The position numbers and the translations under genes were made by a program. Shown in pieces: positions 18,270 to 35,037 of a DNA stretch of 64,000 nucleotides. The number at the start of each line of letters is the position of its first letter. Position 1 is the first letter of the stretch. The stretch lies in NCBI RefSeq assembly GCF_009914755.1, contig NC_060932.1. One strand, 5' to 3'. The DNA comes from the human T2T-CHM13v2.0 reference genome, Homo sapiens. The notes beneath the pieces were generated by a model, which did no database searches, was not told the origin of the DNA, and saw nothing but the letters and a program-made list of their open reading frames with translations.

Positions 18270-18727
18270 CCCACTGAGAATGGTAAAAGTGCCCACAATC
18301 CTAGGAAAAGACTGATTTTTCTGCAGCCATAGTAACAGGTAACTACCAGAAGTGCTTTTAAACCTCTTCAGTTGATCAACAATTCCTCTTAGTGAACCTG
18401 TTTTTACAAGCCAACAAGTCAGTGACCATCTCTTATTGTGGAAAAACACTTTATCAGGAATTGACCCACTCTAAGAAACACACCTCTGAATGTCAGTCCT
18501 TCAACAGCAGTTCCACATAACCTCTTTTCTCCAGATCCAGAATACTTACATGCCTAGAAATCCTCCAGCCACTGACCTACACACTTCCCCACCACCCTCT
18601 GTAAGATCTGCTGCCCTCCTGCTGGGGACACTGACTTAGCAGCATAGCTCTCCCTGACTGTAAGCAATAAATTCAGCTTTGTCTTTCAATCTAAGATAGT
18701 TCATGATGTTCTTATGATCCTTTGACA
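18270..18727 (+). mobile_element. Probable solo ERV LTR (family not resolved)
   Basis: LTR-like layout with AATAAA at about 18666 and a ...CCTTTGACA terminus. Confidence 0.45.
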
Positions 18728-18949
18728 CTAGTACACATTTTGTATCAGATTAATTTCAGATAAATTAAGATTAAAATCTGTGTGTATCTGTATGTATAAT
18801 CATAAGATAATTAGAACAAAATACATTTATTAAAGACATAGCTTTGCTATAGTAATGGTCTTTTTTTTTCACATGACACCAAAGGCAGAAACTGTAACAG
18901 GAAATACTGGTAGAATTTAAACTTCTGCAAGGTTAAATGACACAGCATC

Positions 18950-19080
18950 GCCATCACTACTAAAAACAACAGCCCTGGTACGACTGCCACCAAAACCAAC
19001 AATGCCACAAGCAGTAACATCAACACCATCAACAACAATAGCAAAACCAATTAAACTTAGTAGCATAACTACCATTACCA
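18950..19080 (+). repeat. Degenerate (CAA/CAC)n low-complexity tract
   Basis: Read directly. It explains the hydrophobic antisense ORFs here. Confidence 0.7.
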
Positions 19081-19089
19081 TTGTTGTGA

Positions 19090-19800
19090 ACAACATCAAA
19101 AGGCAAGTGATGGAAAGAAGGGAAATATTTGCATTGTATAACATAAATATTAATGTTCTGAATGTATAGAGAGCTTTTAAAAATCAGTAAGAAAAGATAT
19201 AGAGATGGATTCAAAAAAGGTTAACGGATGCCAAAGTAATTACAAAAGGAAGAAATGCAGATAACAAAGAGAAATAGAAAAAAGAATACCAGATAAAAAA
19301 GAAAGTTCTTTTTTATCAGCAGTCATGGAAATACATAGTTTAAAATGTTGGCAACGCCTGCTTTTTATCAAAGTTGTTGAGGAAACATGTTTTCATATGT
19401 GGCTGGTGGAAAAGTAAATTGGTCCAATCTATTTGGGGGGCCTATTTGGCAATATGAGTTAAAATCTATAAAAATATGTAATTTATATTCTGTAATTACA
19501 CTTCTAGGAATTTATACCAAGAAAATAATCAGAAAGCAGCAAAAGTATTTTCAGAAATATTCATTGCAATAATATTTTTAAAAATTAAAAAATGGAAAGA
19601 ACTTAATTATGTAAAAACTAAGGATTGTTTTAATAAAGTATGATACGTCCATTAAGGCAAAAAGTCAGCTACTCTATAGTACCTAAAAAATTACGCAAAT
19701 ATTTATTTATTGATATGGTTAAAACTACACAATATATTAAGTGAAAAATATTAGGTTACAACTTTCTAGATATAATATCTCATTTTTGTAAAACAATTTA
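19090..19800 (+). mobile_element. Old L1M 3' fragment
   Basis: GCTGGTGGAAAAGTAAATTGGT..TTTGGCAATA..CTTCTAGGAATTTATACCAAG. Confidence 0.6.
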
Positions 19801-20010
19801 AGCATACATACAGTCATTTATTTAACAAAAAACTGTATTTATAATCTACTTTGTGCAAAGCACTATTCTAACCATTGAAGAGAAAGCAATGAACAATGCC
19901 AATCTGGTCCCTAATCTCATGGTGCCTATGGCTTGGTGAAATCATCTGAAGAGACAAAGAAGACTGGGCAACTAATACCTCAGGGCAGCAGAGCTATGAG
20001 GGTTTAATAG

Positions 20011-20016
<6 letters not shown>

Positions 20017-20042
<26 letters not shown>

Positions 20043-20456
20043 TGAGACAGAGTCTCACTCTGTCACCTAGGCTGGAGTGCACTATTGTGATCAGGGCTTA
20101 CTGCAGCCTTGAACTCCCAGGCTCAATTGATCCACCTGCCTCAGCCTCCTAAGTAGCTGGGACCACAGGCCACCATGCTTGGTTAATTTTTTTAATTCAT
20201 TTTTTGTAGAAACAGGGTCTCCCTATGTTGCCCAGGCTGGTCTCTAACTCCCGAGCTCAATCAATTCACCTGCCTCAGCCTCCCGAGTAGCTAGGACTAC
20301 AGGTGTGCGCCACCACACCCAGCTAATTTTTGTCTTTTTTACAGAGACAAATCTCGCCATGTTGCTCAGGCTGGTCTTGAACTCCTAGGCTCAAGCGATC
20401 CTCCCGCCTCAGCCACCCAAAGTGTGGAATTATAGGTGTGAGACACTACACCCAGC
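20017..20456 (-). mobile_element. AluJ-type element with three monomers
   Basis: About 440 bp, with two internal A-rich linkers (about 20186 and 20326) and three CCTCAGCC arms. Confidence 0.85.
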
Positions 20457-21090
20457 GTACCTTTTCTCACTTTTTAAATCAACATAACCTGTAACATTTT
20501 AACAATCGTTTTTCTTTTTTTCTTTAACTTGTCTATAGTCAAAATAAAAAGTAAAGCCATTTACCTTTTAGAGAGAAAATAAGAATACCAAGTCATTTAG
20601 GCCTGTAATGTTTTAATATTTCTATTGAAACTCCCTAAGGCAACTTAACTAATGGGAGCACTTACACATCAAATTGGATTCCCCCTCCTCTTCTCTCTTG
20701 AAGTTCTGAGAGAACAGGGTAAAACCTGTCCAGTTCCAAAGTGTGCTCTCAGCAAAGTAGGGGTGACCATGTTCTCAGGGTTCTGTGGCCTCAGATCCAA
20801 GTTCTTTAGGAGCCATTGCTTCTGTCTGCTCAACCCAAGTAAACTAATAAACCTATTTTCTGTGGCTTTTCACAGTACCAAGCTTTCCTATGTAATTCCA
20901 AGTGATATGGAGACACAGTAGGAAGGAGGTTTCTATCAATAAAGCACCACTTTTCTCTTGAGGCTCCAAATGCCATTGATGGAAGCGGGTTCAGATCACG
21001 TGATTGTGAGTTTCTCAAAATTTGGGATGTTGATTTTTGGAGGCACAAAAACATCAGGACCAGAGGAAGTTATCTTCAATAACCCAGTGA

Positions 21091-21486
<396 letters not shown>

Positions 21487-22074
21487 TAACAAACACAAAA
21501 TGTGCTCACAGCTCAAAGCCTTCCAGTAGGAATCATTTTCTATTTAGAATATAATGACTTTTTCCATATTTTGAATTCATTTATTTATTATGTCATGCGG
21601 TGAATAATTCTGGTCTCCCTTTCATAGTGCTTTAGAAAAATATAAGGTTTTTATAAATAATTAGTAATCATTAAGGTAGAAAGGCTAACATGGCAAAACA
21701 CTTGAAAGTATTAAATATTACTTTAAAAATAGCCGAAATGTGGCAAAATAAATAAAAATAAAATACTGCCCCGACCCTTTGCCTCTGCCAATTTGTCACA
21801 CCTGTCACAAGGGAACCTGTGACGCTTAAGTTCTTGTAACCATTTTCCCAACTTGTCTTGGTAACTGCAGTCATTCTTGGAATCTCTTTTGGTTCTAGGC
21901 CTTTTTTCTTTCTATCTAAGGCAGAGACCAGCTAAATCTATTTTCTGTGGCTTTTCACAGTACCAACTTTTCCTATATAATTCCAAGTGATGATATGGAG
22001 AGAAAGTAGGAAGGTGGTTGCCATCTAATATCAAGAGAGTTGAGAATGACCCTCGGGATGGGAGAAGGTGGTAA

Positions 22075-22465
<391 letters not shown>

Positions 22466-22509
22466 TAAGTAAGATTATTCCTATTTTACAGAGGAAATTG
22501 AGGCTTGCA

Positions 22510-23530
22510 GAGTATGGCAGAACTATGGTACTCACCCTCCTGTTCCTTCACAGTTACCAACTGGTGATGGCCAATGGGCTGTGAGTGCAAGATTTATCAT
22601 TCATCTTCAGGCCAAGGTATAGAAAAGCTGGTACCTGATCCTCCAGCTATATCAGGGACATACGACTGGAGTCTGCTTGTTCTGTATACCACCAGAGGAG
22701 ATAGAGCCTTGATTAGCCTAAATTACCAACTGGCCATGTAGAGAAATCCCTCAGCTGAACCATGTAGATAGACTTGTTTTGTTAAGCAACTGCAATTTGG
22801 GAGTTATTCGTTACTTCAGCTGTTGCAGATATGCTTCCCTAGAAACAATGTCTGAGACTGTCCTGATGGGCATAGAGAACATTCATGGAGGAATGCTCTC
22901 AATATAAACACATGTAGGGAAAGGGAAAGAGGTGGAACCGAGCAGTGAGAGTAGATGGGCTGTAACGTGCCCACCACAAGGACTCAGCTGACTCTGTGGG
23001 AAGCTGTGAAGCTGCCATGGCCCCTTAGAGTTGTTTCAAATTGGGAACAAGAGCTGGGCCTTTATACCCGCAAATCAATGAGTCATTGGATGAAGGCTGC
23101 TCCCAGGAAGGAGTTGTGATCTTAAGTGAAGTGGCTGTCTTCAGCCAAGGGGAATTCCTGGAAAGTACTGACAGCTGAGACACTCCTAGAAGCTGAAAAA
23201 AGTAAGTTCTTCAGTCCTGAAAATGTATCCGTTTCCACTACTGTAATGCAACATAACATAGTCTATTCTGACCATTCAGAGAGGTTAAAAAAGCCCCATC
23301 TCCAAATGCAATCACACTGGGGGCTAGGGGTTCAACACATGAATTTGGAGGGGATGTGTAGGACCTCCCACTCTTGACCTCTTCTCCAGACTCTTTACAG
23401 ACCAAACTCAATCAGATACCAGAGCGAAGAATACTGTTAGTATAACCCATACACGGCAGCATCCTGGGCACACAGCTGGTGAGAAGGGTGAAGAATGGAT
23501 CTGAAGAAGCCAGAAAGTGTCTACCACAGT
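22510..23530. mobile_element. Cluster of old LTR fragments (MLT1-like and LTR16-like)
   Basis: TTGTTAAGCAACTG..GTTAC (MLT1 end), AGTCATTGGATGAAGGCTGC (LTR16-like) and CCCCATCTCCAAATGCAATCACACTGGGGG (MLT1). Confidence 0.5.
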
Positions 23531-26500
23531 AGGTTGAAAGAATAATAAAGGAATAAATGAATAAATATAATAACCGAAGTTGTGAAATGTGATAGAGAGT
23601 TGAGAGGATCAGTGTTTCAGCAAAAGCTAAAGCCATCAGGGGATAGATGTTGAAGGATTTTGTATGCCACGGTAAGGGCTTTGGACTTTATCTGAAAAGC
23701 ATCATAGAAAACACAGGAAAAGAAAACAGAATTAAGGGGGAAATGAAGTTTCATTTTGGACATAATTAAAATTGAGGTACCTGGGCATAGTCAAGTGGAA
23801 ATTTCCAGTCTGGAACTCAAGAGTCCAGACATAAGAGATGGAGATAGGGTATTTAGAATTCATCAGTGTATATAGCAGGGGCTCAGATAAGATTTCCCAA
23901 AGATAGTACATGGAATAAATTTTGATCAAATACCTAAAACTCAAATTGTAATTGTTGAATTTGAAGGTAAATAGAGTTAGGAAAATATATGCAGATTTAT
24001 AGGTAGAAAGCTATAAATATCTGTACTTTGTGTAATTAAGAAAAAAAGTAAAGATGAAGGGAGATGACTCGAGATAACTTGAATTACCTTGGTATCTATA
24101 TCCTCCTAACACATCACAACAAAATGTTCTTAAGGGTATTTGTGTTTGTTCTACTAATAGGTATTGGAAGGCATACCATGAGTCAAGTACTATACTAAAT
24201 GCTATGAATACAAATAATATTATAGTTGTAACTTTTTCAATGAGATCATAGTTTAGTGGAGGAAACAGCAAAATAGGCAGAAAATTCTAACACTGAGCTA
24301 ATTTAACAGGCTGTTTGGAACAGAGACATCCCTGTACTTAAACTTAGCTCCTGTAGATGAAGTGTGTTAAGTCTGAATGCAAAGGACAAAATAACTTGAA
24401 TCTGAACAATTGTGGAAGAGAACTGATAGCAATTAAATTGGCAACTGCCCATGGACTTGACCTGAATACAATAACTAAAGAAGGGCATCATTCTGAAACG
24501 GTGAGGTATGAAACTGCAACTTGTGACAGAGGTAGAATAGAAAGCTCTTGACCATTAGCTTGTGCTCTCATTTCAGCATCTAATTGAATCATTTGATTTG
24601 ATTATGTCATTAACTCTTTTAAAAGGGAGTACATCAACTTTCCTTTGCAGCCATGATGGATGACTGAAACCAGACCTACCCTCCTGACTTAAGTGAGTAG
24701 AAAACAAGGAAAAACATGAAAAAAAAATTTTCTGCATTTTGCAATAAGAAGCACAGGACTGTGATCCTTATGAGGAAGGAAACAAAGATATGAGTGCTAC
24801 AATTGTCCCAAATTTCTACCTGGATGTATGTTCCAGACCATAAAGTAAAGGTACCCAAAAAGACAATGGCATTCTTACTAAGCTAAAGAGACTAATATCA
24901 GAGTTCAAAGAGGTTTAGGTGACTGTAACTAGGAATGTAGACAACTAGAGAGGTAGGAAAAATTTACAAAGTACCACACATGTCCATAAATGTTCCCTTG
25001 AGTCAATTACTAGATACAATGGCATATGTATGTTCATTAAGACTACAAGAAACCAGGCAAAGAATGATAAGGAAACTATAAGCTGAATAATATTACACAG
25101 GGCTAGGATATGTCCAACTTCTAAACAGTGGAGAGTCCTCAAGAAAAACCAGGGGCATTTGGAAATTATCGCAGAAGGATACAACTTAGTAATAGCACTA
25201 AAATAACCAAAATAAATGCTATCCCATGATAGTTTTAAATTAAATCACAAAAGGATAGAGTTGATCTTTCAGTAACTTAACCATCAGCAGAACAAAGTCA
25301 AACACCCTTTGAAAGAAGACAGCAAAAAAATTCAGCACTCAATACCGCAAAATATACAATGTTTAATATCCTCTTAAAAATTGCCAGGCATACAAATAAG
25401 CATGAAAATGGATCATAATCAAGAGAAAAAATAATCAGTAGAAGCAGACCCAGAAAATACAGAGATGACAGAAACAGCACACAGAGACTAAAGTTGCTTT
25501 TAAAAATACATTCAATATGCTCAAGGATTTAAAAGAAACTAAGAATACAATACAAAAATAAATGGAAGATATTAAAAAATATCAAGTGGAACTTCTTTGA
25601 AAAATGAAAACTACAACCTTTGAAATGAACATTTTACTCACTGAGATTAACAGCAGATTAGGTGCTGAAGAAGAAATTGTCAGTTAATGTGAAGGTATAG
25701 CTACAAATACTATTCACAATGAAGTACAGATAGAAGATTGATTGAAGAAAATGAACAGGGCTTTAGTAATCTGTGGGGCAAAATAAGGCAACAAGACATA
25801 ATATACATGTTGTGTATCCTCAAAAGTGAGAGAAGGGGCAGATAAAGTCTTTGAGAAAAATAATGGCTGAAAAATATTCAAATTTCTAAAAAAGTATAAA
25901 ACCACAGATTAAGAATTTCAAAAGATAAAGAAAATGAAAACCCACACTATGACAAACTAAAATCAAATGGCTAAATGTTATGCTAAAATCTCAAAAATCT
26001 TCTGTAGAAGAAAACACATGTTATGTACAGAGAAAGAAAGATAAAAATGAGTGAAGACTTCTCGTCCGAATGTCTGCAAGCTAGAGAAAATGGCTTAAAG
26101 CCTTATAGTGCCAAAAGGAAAACACAGGAAACCAATAATTCTATATCAGAAAAAAAGTACTTTTGAAAACTTTGGACAAAAAAAGATATTTTCAGACAAA
26201 CACAGGTTGAGAGAATTTATTGCCAGCAGATGTGGCATATAAAAAACACTGAGGAAATTTCTTTAGAAAAAATGTGCATGAAATGTAGAAAGTTAGACCA
26301 GCAGAAAAGAATGAAGAGTGCTAGAAATGGCAAATATATGGATAAATATAAATGACATTTTTAATTTACTGGAAATATAATTAATTAGTTAAAGAAAAAT
26401 ATTAGGACACTATACTTTGGGGTTTATACTATATATAGAATTAAAACATGATTAAAAAAAGAAAACGAATGACTAAAGGGGGAAAGGAAGTATTCGATTA

Positions 26501-27293
26501 GAAGATTCTTATATTAAACATAGTAGTGTAAGTACTACTTAAAGAAATACTGTGATAAATGTAAAGATACACACTGTAAGCCATACATCAGCTATTAAAA
26601 CAAAGTTAATATGCCAATATGTGAAATAATACAAAATATTAAACATAATTAATTAAAAGAAGTCACAAAAGGAAAAGGGCAAAGAAAACATGAGACAAAT
26701 TTTAAAATAGCAATGGGTAGATGAAAACCCAAACATATTGATAATCACACTAAATGTAAATGATGAAAACTGATAAAAGACAAAAATTATCAGACTGAAC
26801 AAATATGCAGTCTACATGACACCATTTTAAATACAAAGACCCAGCTATTTTTAAAATATTGAAAAGGGGAAATTATTCAAACCCCAATTATAAGAAAGCA
26901 GAATGGTTATATAAAATAAGACAAAGTAGAATTCAGAATGAGGATTACTAGAGATAAAGAGAAGCATTTTATAGGCATAAAGGAGACTGTCTTAGTTTGT
27001 TTACTGTTACTATAACAGAATATCTGAGGCTGGGTAATTTATTTAAAAAAAAAGGTGTATTGAGCTCACAGTTCTGCAATCTAGGAGGTATAAGAAACAC
27101 GGCCGTGGCATCTACTCACTTTCTGGTGGGGCTTTTCATGCTGCAGTGTTACATGGCGGAGAAGGCCAAAGGGGAAGCACAAACGCATGAGGAGAGATCA
27201 AACAGGATGGGAAACTTCATTTTATAAAAACCGTCTCTCACAGGAACTAATCCATTCCCAAGAGAACTAATCCAGGTAAGAATAAGAACTCAC

Positions 27294-28007
<714 letters not shown>

Positions 28008-29089
28008 TCATCTTCCAAAACAGCCACATTGGTAATTAAAATTTCAACACGAGTTTTGGTGGGAACAAACCATACCCAAACTATATCAGGTTTAATTCAT
28101 TAAGAAGACATAAAAACGTACATGCACCTAGTTACAAATCTTTAAATTCAGCGAAAGCTGACCAATCTGAATGGAGAAGAGACAAATCCACAATTTTAGT
28201 TGGAGATTTCAACATTCATCTCTCAGTAATTGATAGAACAATTAGAATATGAAATATTTGAACAACACTGTCATATAATTTAATAGGATTGACATTTACA
28301 GAACATACCACCAAACAGCAAAATATATATATTTTTTACCATGATATTCTCAGCCATAAAGAAGGCTCAGTAAGTTTTCCACAACTGCAGTCAGAGTATG
28401 CTCTCTGGCCACAATGAAATTAGAATAGAAATTATTGTCAGAAAGATATGTTGAAAATTCCCATGTGTAGAAAACAAACAACGCACTGCTGAATAAGCCA
28501 TCTACCATAGAAGGCATAAGGGAAATAGGAAGATATTTCGAACTGAAGAAAAAAATATGTCAAATGTTTTGAGATGCAGCTAAAGCAATGCTTCAAGGGA
28601 AAACATTAGCTTTAACTGGTAGTATTAAAAGAAGAAAGGACTAAAGTTAATTCTCTAAGTTCACACACTACACAGCTGGATAAAGAAGAGCATATTAAAT
28701 TCAAAGTAAATGAAGAAGGTGATAGCAAACATTAGAGTAGAAATCAATGAAACAAAAAACAAACTAATGAAAATGCATGAAAACAAAAACTGGCTTCTTT
28801 GAAGGATTGAGAAAAATGGCTAATCTCTAGCTAGATTCCTCAAGTAAAAAGAAAGGGTAAACAAATTGCCTGCATCAGAAAAAAAGAGGGACTATCAACA
28901 AAGATTGTGGAGACGTAAAAAGAATAATGATGGATTATTATGAACAATTCTATACCAATGAATTTGACAATTTAAACAAAATAAAAAAATACTTCCATAT
29001 ATAAACTACCTAATAAACACAAAAAGAAAGTATAAAGGCTGAATATTCATATTAATTAAGGAAATTTAACTTTTAATTAAAAATATTCA

Positions 29090-29430
<341 letters not shown>

Positions 29431-30239
29431 CATGCAAATAAAACTCCAAAGAAGAACATTCTATAAACCATTTAAGGAAGGAATAATGATAGTCTTATAA
29501 AAACATATTCATGAAATAGAGGGTGAGTAAGTACTTTCATACTAACACTTTAATGCTCTTTTACAAAATGGCATTGAAAATAAAATCAAAACAAATACAT
29601 GAAAAAATATACATTCAAATATTTCTCATAAAGACAGAAAATTTTAATAATATTGGCATATAGAATTCAGTAATATATAAAAGCACAACACATCATAGCC
29701 AAATGGAGATTATTCTAGGGATTTTAGGTAGACAGAAGATTGAAATGTAATATTAACAGAATAAAAAAGAGATATGTATAATTATTCCAATAGATGAAGA
29801 CATTTGACAAAACTTCAATACATGTTTAAAATAAAAAGACTGACTTGAAAGGAAAGGGAACTTCCTCAATCTAATAAAATCTACAATTAACACATACTTA
29901 TTGTGAAGTACTGGATATTCTCTCTGTGGGACCAGGAACAAGGCAAGATGTGCAGTCTTGCTGCACGTATTCAACACTGTACGGGAATCCTAGCCAATTC
30001 AATAAGCCAAGAAAAAGAAGTAATCGACATAAAAATTAGAAAGGAAAAAGTAAAACTATATTTACAGATAAGATGAAGCTTACATAACATATTCTACATA
30101 ATAATATTATCTAGAATATTCTAAGAAACCTAGAGTAAAATATTAGTATAGACAAGTGAATTTAACAAATTTGAGAATTCAACATTTACTGAAGATCCTG
30201 GGTTAAGGGCTGAAGATGGAAATATAAATTAATATGATG

Positions 30240-30480
30240 ATACTGATAATGGTAGCTATTATATTCCAGTTAAAAACCTACTATGTTCCAAACACCAACG
30301 GAAGCCAATTTGCATATAATTTCCAACATATTCATTACAAAGTGGTTGTGTGGTAGGTATAACTATCCCTATTTTCCAGACAAAGAAACTAAGGCTTAGG
30401 AAGTTTAAGTAACTGACCCAAGGTCAAACAGATATTAGGGGAAGGAGCAGATATTGATATCATGGTCCATGTGAGTTGAC
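30240..30480 (-). mobile_element. MIR
   Basis: TATTTTCCAGACAAAGAAACTAAGGCTTAGGAAGTTTAAGTAACTGACCCAAGGTCA. Confidence 0.7.
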
Positions 30481-30587
30481 TTCCCAGGAGCGAAGAGTGT
30501 GGAGAACACACAGATTCCTCACTGCTGGCCATCATTTGTGGCTGAACACAACAAGATCTTAGCCCTAAATTGTGTGTTTCCATTTGA

Positions 30588-31070
30588 TTATTTCAGCTCT
30601 CTTCTCTCCTCTTGTTTTAACATATTGTCTATCATTTCCAGTGAACCTGCATTTTGGTTCTCTTTGTGTGTAATATTTTGCATGTTTAGTTTTTCACGCA
30701 ATGCCTCCTCCTCCTTCATTTTCACCACTAACCTTTGATACTTATTTATTGGAACATTTTGTGTTCTCTGCCTGGCATGAACACAAAACATGAGCCTGCG
30801 GGAGAGCAGCCTGAAAAATGGAGCCTCCTTTTCTTCTCTGTCTCTGCTCGATCTTTCCCAGTGTGGCAGGTAGACCGCTGTGGGCAACAGGCCAGGCTGC
30901 AGGCACAATCTGTTCAGGGGGTGGAAACAGAAGCAGGGTTCAGAGACACACTCTGTACTTTTATGCATTTTACAACATCTGTGCAGGGAAAATGTCCCGC
31001 TGGCTGCATCATTCCAGAGTCTGGGTGTCTGGGGCAAAGGGAGACAATGCTGCCACGAGGGCATGTGCAT
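30588..31070 (-). other. 160-aa orphan ORF in apparently unique sequence (coding status unknown)
   Basis: ATG-initiated and the longest ORF not attributable to a repeat. No recognisable domain. Confidence 0.25.
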
Positions 31071-32224
31071 CCATGTGTGTCAGGCTGGTAGCAGCTGCAA
31101 TAATGCTTCCCCATCTGCAATAAAAGTCCTCCTTAAGTTGACTAATGAGTCATAAGAGACGTGCTTCTTCTTGCTGTTTTTTATCTGCCTCTTCCTTCAG
31201 AAAAAAAAAAAAAAATGGATTTCACACCTGCAAGACCATCTTTCCCAAATGCAATGTGTTTTCAAACCTGCACACCCACATTAAAATTCAAGGCTGTGAT
31301 ATGGGTATTGAGACCTGGCTCTGTCACTCAGAGGTTGAAAGAATGTGGGTATTCACTTATCTTCTCTTCGCTGCAGTTTCTCCAATGGCAAATGGAGAAA
31401 AGAACACCAGCATCGCCCGCTGGTGATGGAAATTCAACTAGATAATACATTCAAAAACCTTTGCCTCAACTGTAAAGGACTGGAACATAAGAGGTAATTA
31501 TTGCTCCTGCTAAACAACACATTGTTCATACCTTTCCCCTTAGTAAATATCCCTGCTTTTTATTGGAGAGAAAAATCTCTGGAAGACTAATTTGCAATTT
31601 TCAGATGGGAAACCAAAACCCAAAGAAGAGAGATGTTTTGCTCATAATTCTGAACTTCGTTACTCTTACCTGCTCTGGATTCGACATTTGTTTGGATTCT
31701 AAAGCCTTATGTGATTAATTAATAATATTATCATCAAGACATGTCTATAATTCTTGCCATTTCTGTTTTCCTATGCCATTGTTTAGAATTTCCCACGAGA
31801 CGCACTTCTTTCTAGACAAAACATCTTTTACGTGCAGAGCAAAATATCAATATTTTCCAGGTTTCAGATCGTTCAAATCCCAGCATTAGAAACTGAATTC
31901 TGTCATGTCAGGATTTGAAGTGACTTTACAGGTAACTAGGTCTTTATATCTGAACTTTGTTTCTTTGTTTGCTGGGTACCTAGAATGCTGGAATTCCTGG
32001 TCCATACTTCCCGAGACCCAAACCACAGGGTGTCCAAAGGACAGCTGTTGTGGGGGTGAACTGGGGTCCTCTCTTTCATGCAAATCTTCATGGCATGGGA
32101 CAGCTGGATGGAAACAGAAGAGTGGCTCTCAAGGGCCAATTACCCCCCATGCCACCACCTTCCAGGACACAAAGCCAAGAGTCTGAGAATTCTAAATCCA
32201 AACTTGACCTTTCAGATTGTTACA

Positions 32225-32367
32225 ACATTATATTTGTCAAAGTAAGAAGATAGATTTAATTTAGGTTTATTTGCCTAATTTGTAATGCTTAAATATTTGG
32301 ACATACAATATGGGGGCCCCTATTTGTACTCTTGTCCTTGGCCCTGTAAATATCAGGGGCAGGCATG
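32225..32367. mobile_element. hAT-Tip100-like DNA transposon end (MER115-like)
   Basis: TAAATATTTGGACATA..CTATTTGTACTCTTGTCCTTGGCCCTGTAAATATCAGGGGCAGGCATG. Confidence 0.45.
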
Positions 32368-33559
32368 CCAAAAGCTGCACTTGAAAACTGTTGGCTTGAA
32401 ATGAATAGCAATGCTTTCCAAACCATAATTCACGGAAAACTAGTCTGAGAAATGTTCATAGGTGCTCCATGAAAAAAGACTTGAGTTAAGTGAATGGATA
32501 TGGACCACACTGCTGCCTCTTATATAGTTAGGTCACTCTTGTTGGCAATAATTACCACTGTTATTAGTATTGGAGCTGTAGTAGTAGCAGTAGTAGTAGT
32601 AGTAGTGTCAGCATTATTTTCAAGCCTTCATTGAATGTATTATTGTTTTAAATTATTGTGTATGTTTACTATCTGTCCCTCCACTAAGATATAAGTTCTA
32701 GTAGAGGGTGGGCCTTCTCCATCTTAATCACTTGCTGCAGTGCCTAGAACAGCAAATAATAAGCAATCAATAATCGCTAGTGGAAAAGATTCATTAGATA
32801 AAAGGTTTTAGTATATACAGTAACAGGTTTCAAAGATTTATGAACACCACATTGTTTTTACCTATGACTGGGCAATGGGGTCATTTCCCATACTGGTGTC
32901 TTTCAAGCTATCTACAGAGTGTTAATAGGTATTCTCATAAAAATGGATTAGGAAGTTCCGCATTATCTCATTTAACCCTCGGTGGGAATCTGTTATTCTC
33001 GTTTAACAGAGCTATAAACAGAGATTAAGAGAGGTTAATTAATACTCAAAGTCACACAGCCAGTAAGAGATGGGATGGATTTTAAATTCAAAGAGTTCAA
33101 CTCCTGAGCCTGAAATTTTAACCTCTAGATTCCTCATGTACAATATGAATTTGATAGTGTCCCATTCATTAATTGAACAGGTCAGTATTTTATGATGTTT
33201 CCCAGAGAACAGTAAGACTTCATGACTTCCAGTTTGAGAACGTTTGAGAACACCTAGCTTAGTAACTTCCTGGAAAGCCTAATGTTAATTGACAATTTCC
33301 CCCTATCTCCATCACCAAACTCACTTCCAGCTTTCCCTAAGCCAATATTTTAGTTGGATATTTTGGAATAATCATTACCCTCTGACATCTTTTATGAAAC
33401 ATCTATGTCAAGGCTAATCTCTCTGTGCCTAACAGTGGGGCTGGCACGTAGAAAGAAATCACATTGAATGAAGGGGAAAAAATTGATGAATGAATGAATG
33501 AATGAATAAAGAGAAGTGCCAAAGCTCAGTTTGAACCATAGCTCTACAACTCATTGCTA

Positions 33560-33890
33560 GTATAGCATGATCTTAGATAAACTTCTTAACCACTTTGGGC
33601 TTACATTTTCCACCTTACCAATGCAGATAATATCTACTCTATCTTCTTGGCAGAACTTTTGTATAGAACAAATGAAATGATAGTAGCACACATTAACGTA
33701 GCATTTACTATGTAACAGGTATGCTCCAAGCACTTTACATATTTTATGTAATCTGCACAAAAATCTTAATAGTAAGGATTTATCATCCCCAGGAAAATGA
33801 GATGCCAACAGGTTAAGTGATTTGCCCAAGTTTACTCAGCTTATAATTGAGAAAAGCTGGATTTGAACCCAGTAGTTTGGCTAGAAGATC
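33560..33890. mobile_element. MIR fragments in opposite orientations
   Basis: GGTTAAGTGATTTGCCCAAG..GGATTTGAACCCAG. Confidence 0.6.
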
Positions 33891-34199
33891 TCTGCTCTTT
33901 TTGTCTTCCCACATGTGTGGTAACATTTTATTAACTATAAGGCACTTCTCAAATAAAAGAACTTATTATTACCCTTTCTTTAAGAACAGACATGTTTCCC
34001 CTGCTTTGGACATCTAATACTTACTTTGATTCCTCTGCAAATCTCTGGATTCTGTTCTCTACAGTCACTAACCAGAATTTTGGTTATGAGAAAAGTAACA
34101 GACTTTTCCTCCTTTACTAAGCTCTCTGTTGATGCTGTTAGCTGGGTTAGGCTGTGTTTTCATTTTTCCCTCTGTCCACCCCAGCCTTGGTTGCATAGA

Positions 34200-35037
<838 letters not shown>

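Noticed and set aside
18847-19050. Hydrophobic ORF resembling a membrane peptide
   Set aside because: It is the antisense translation of a (CAA)-rich low-complexity tract.
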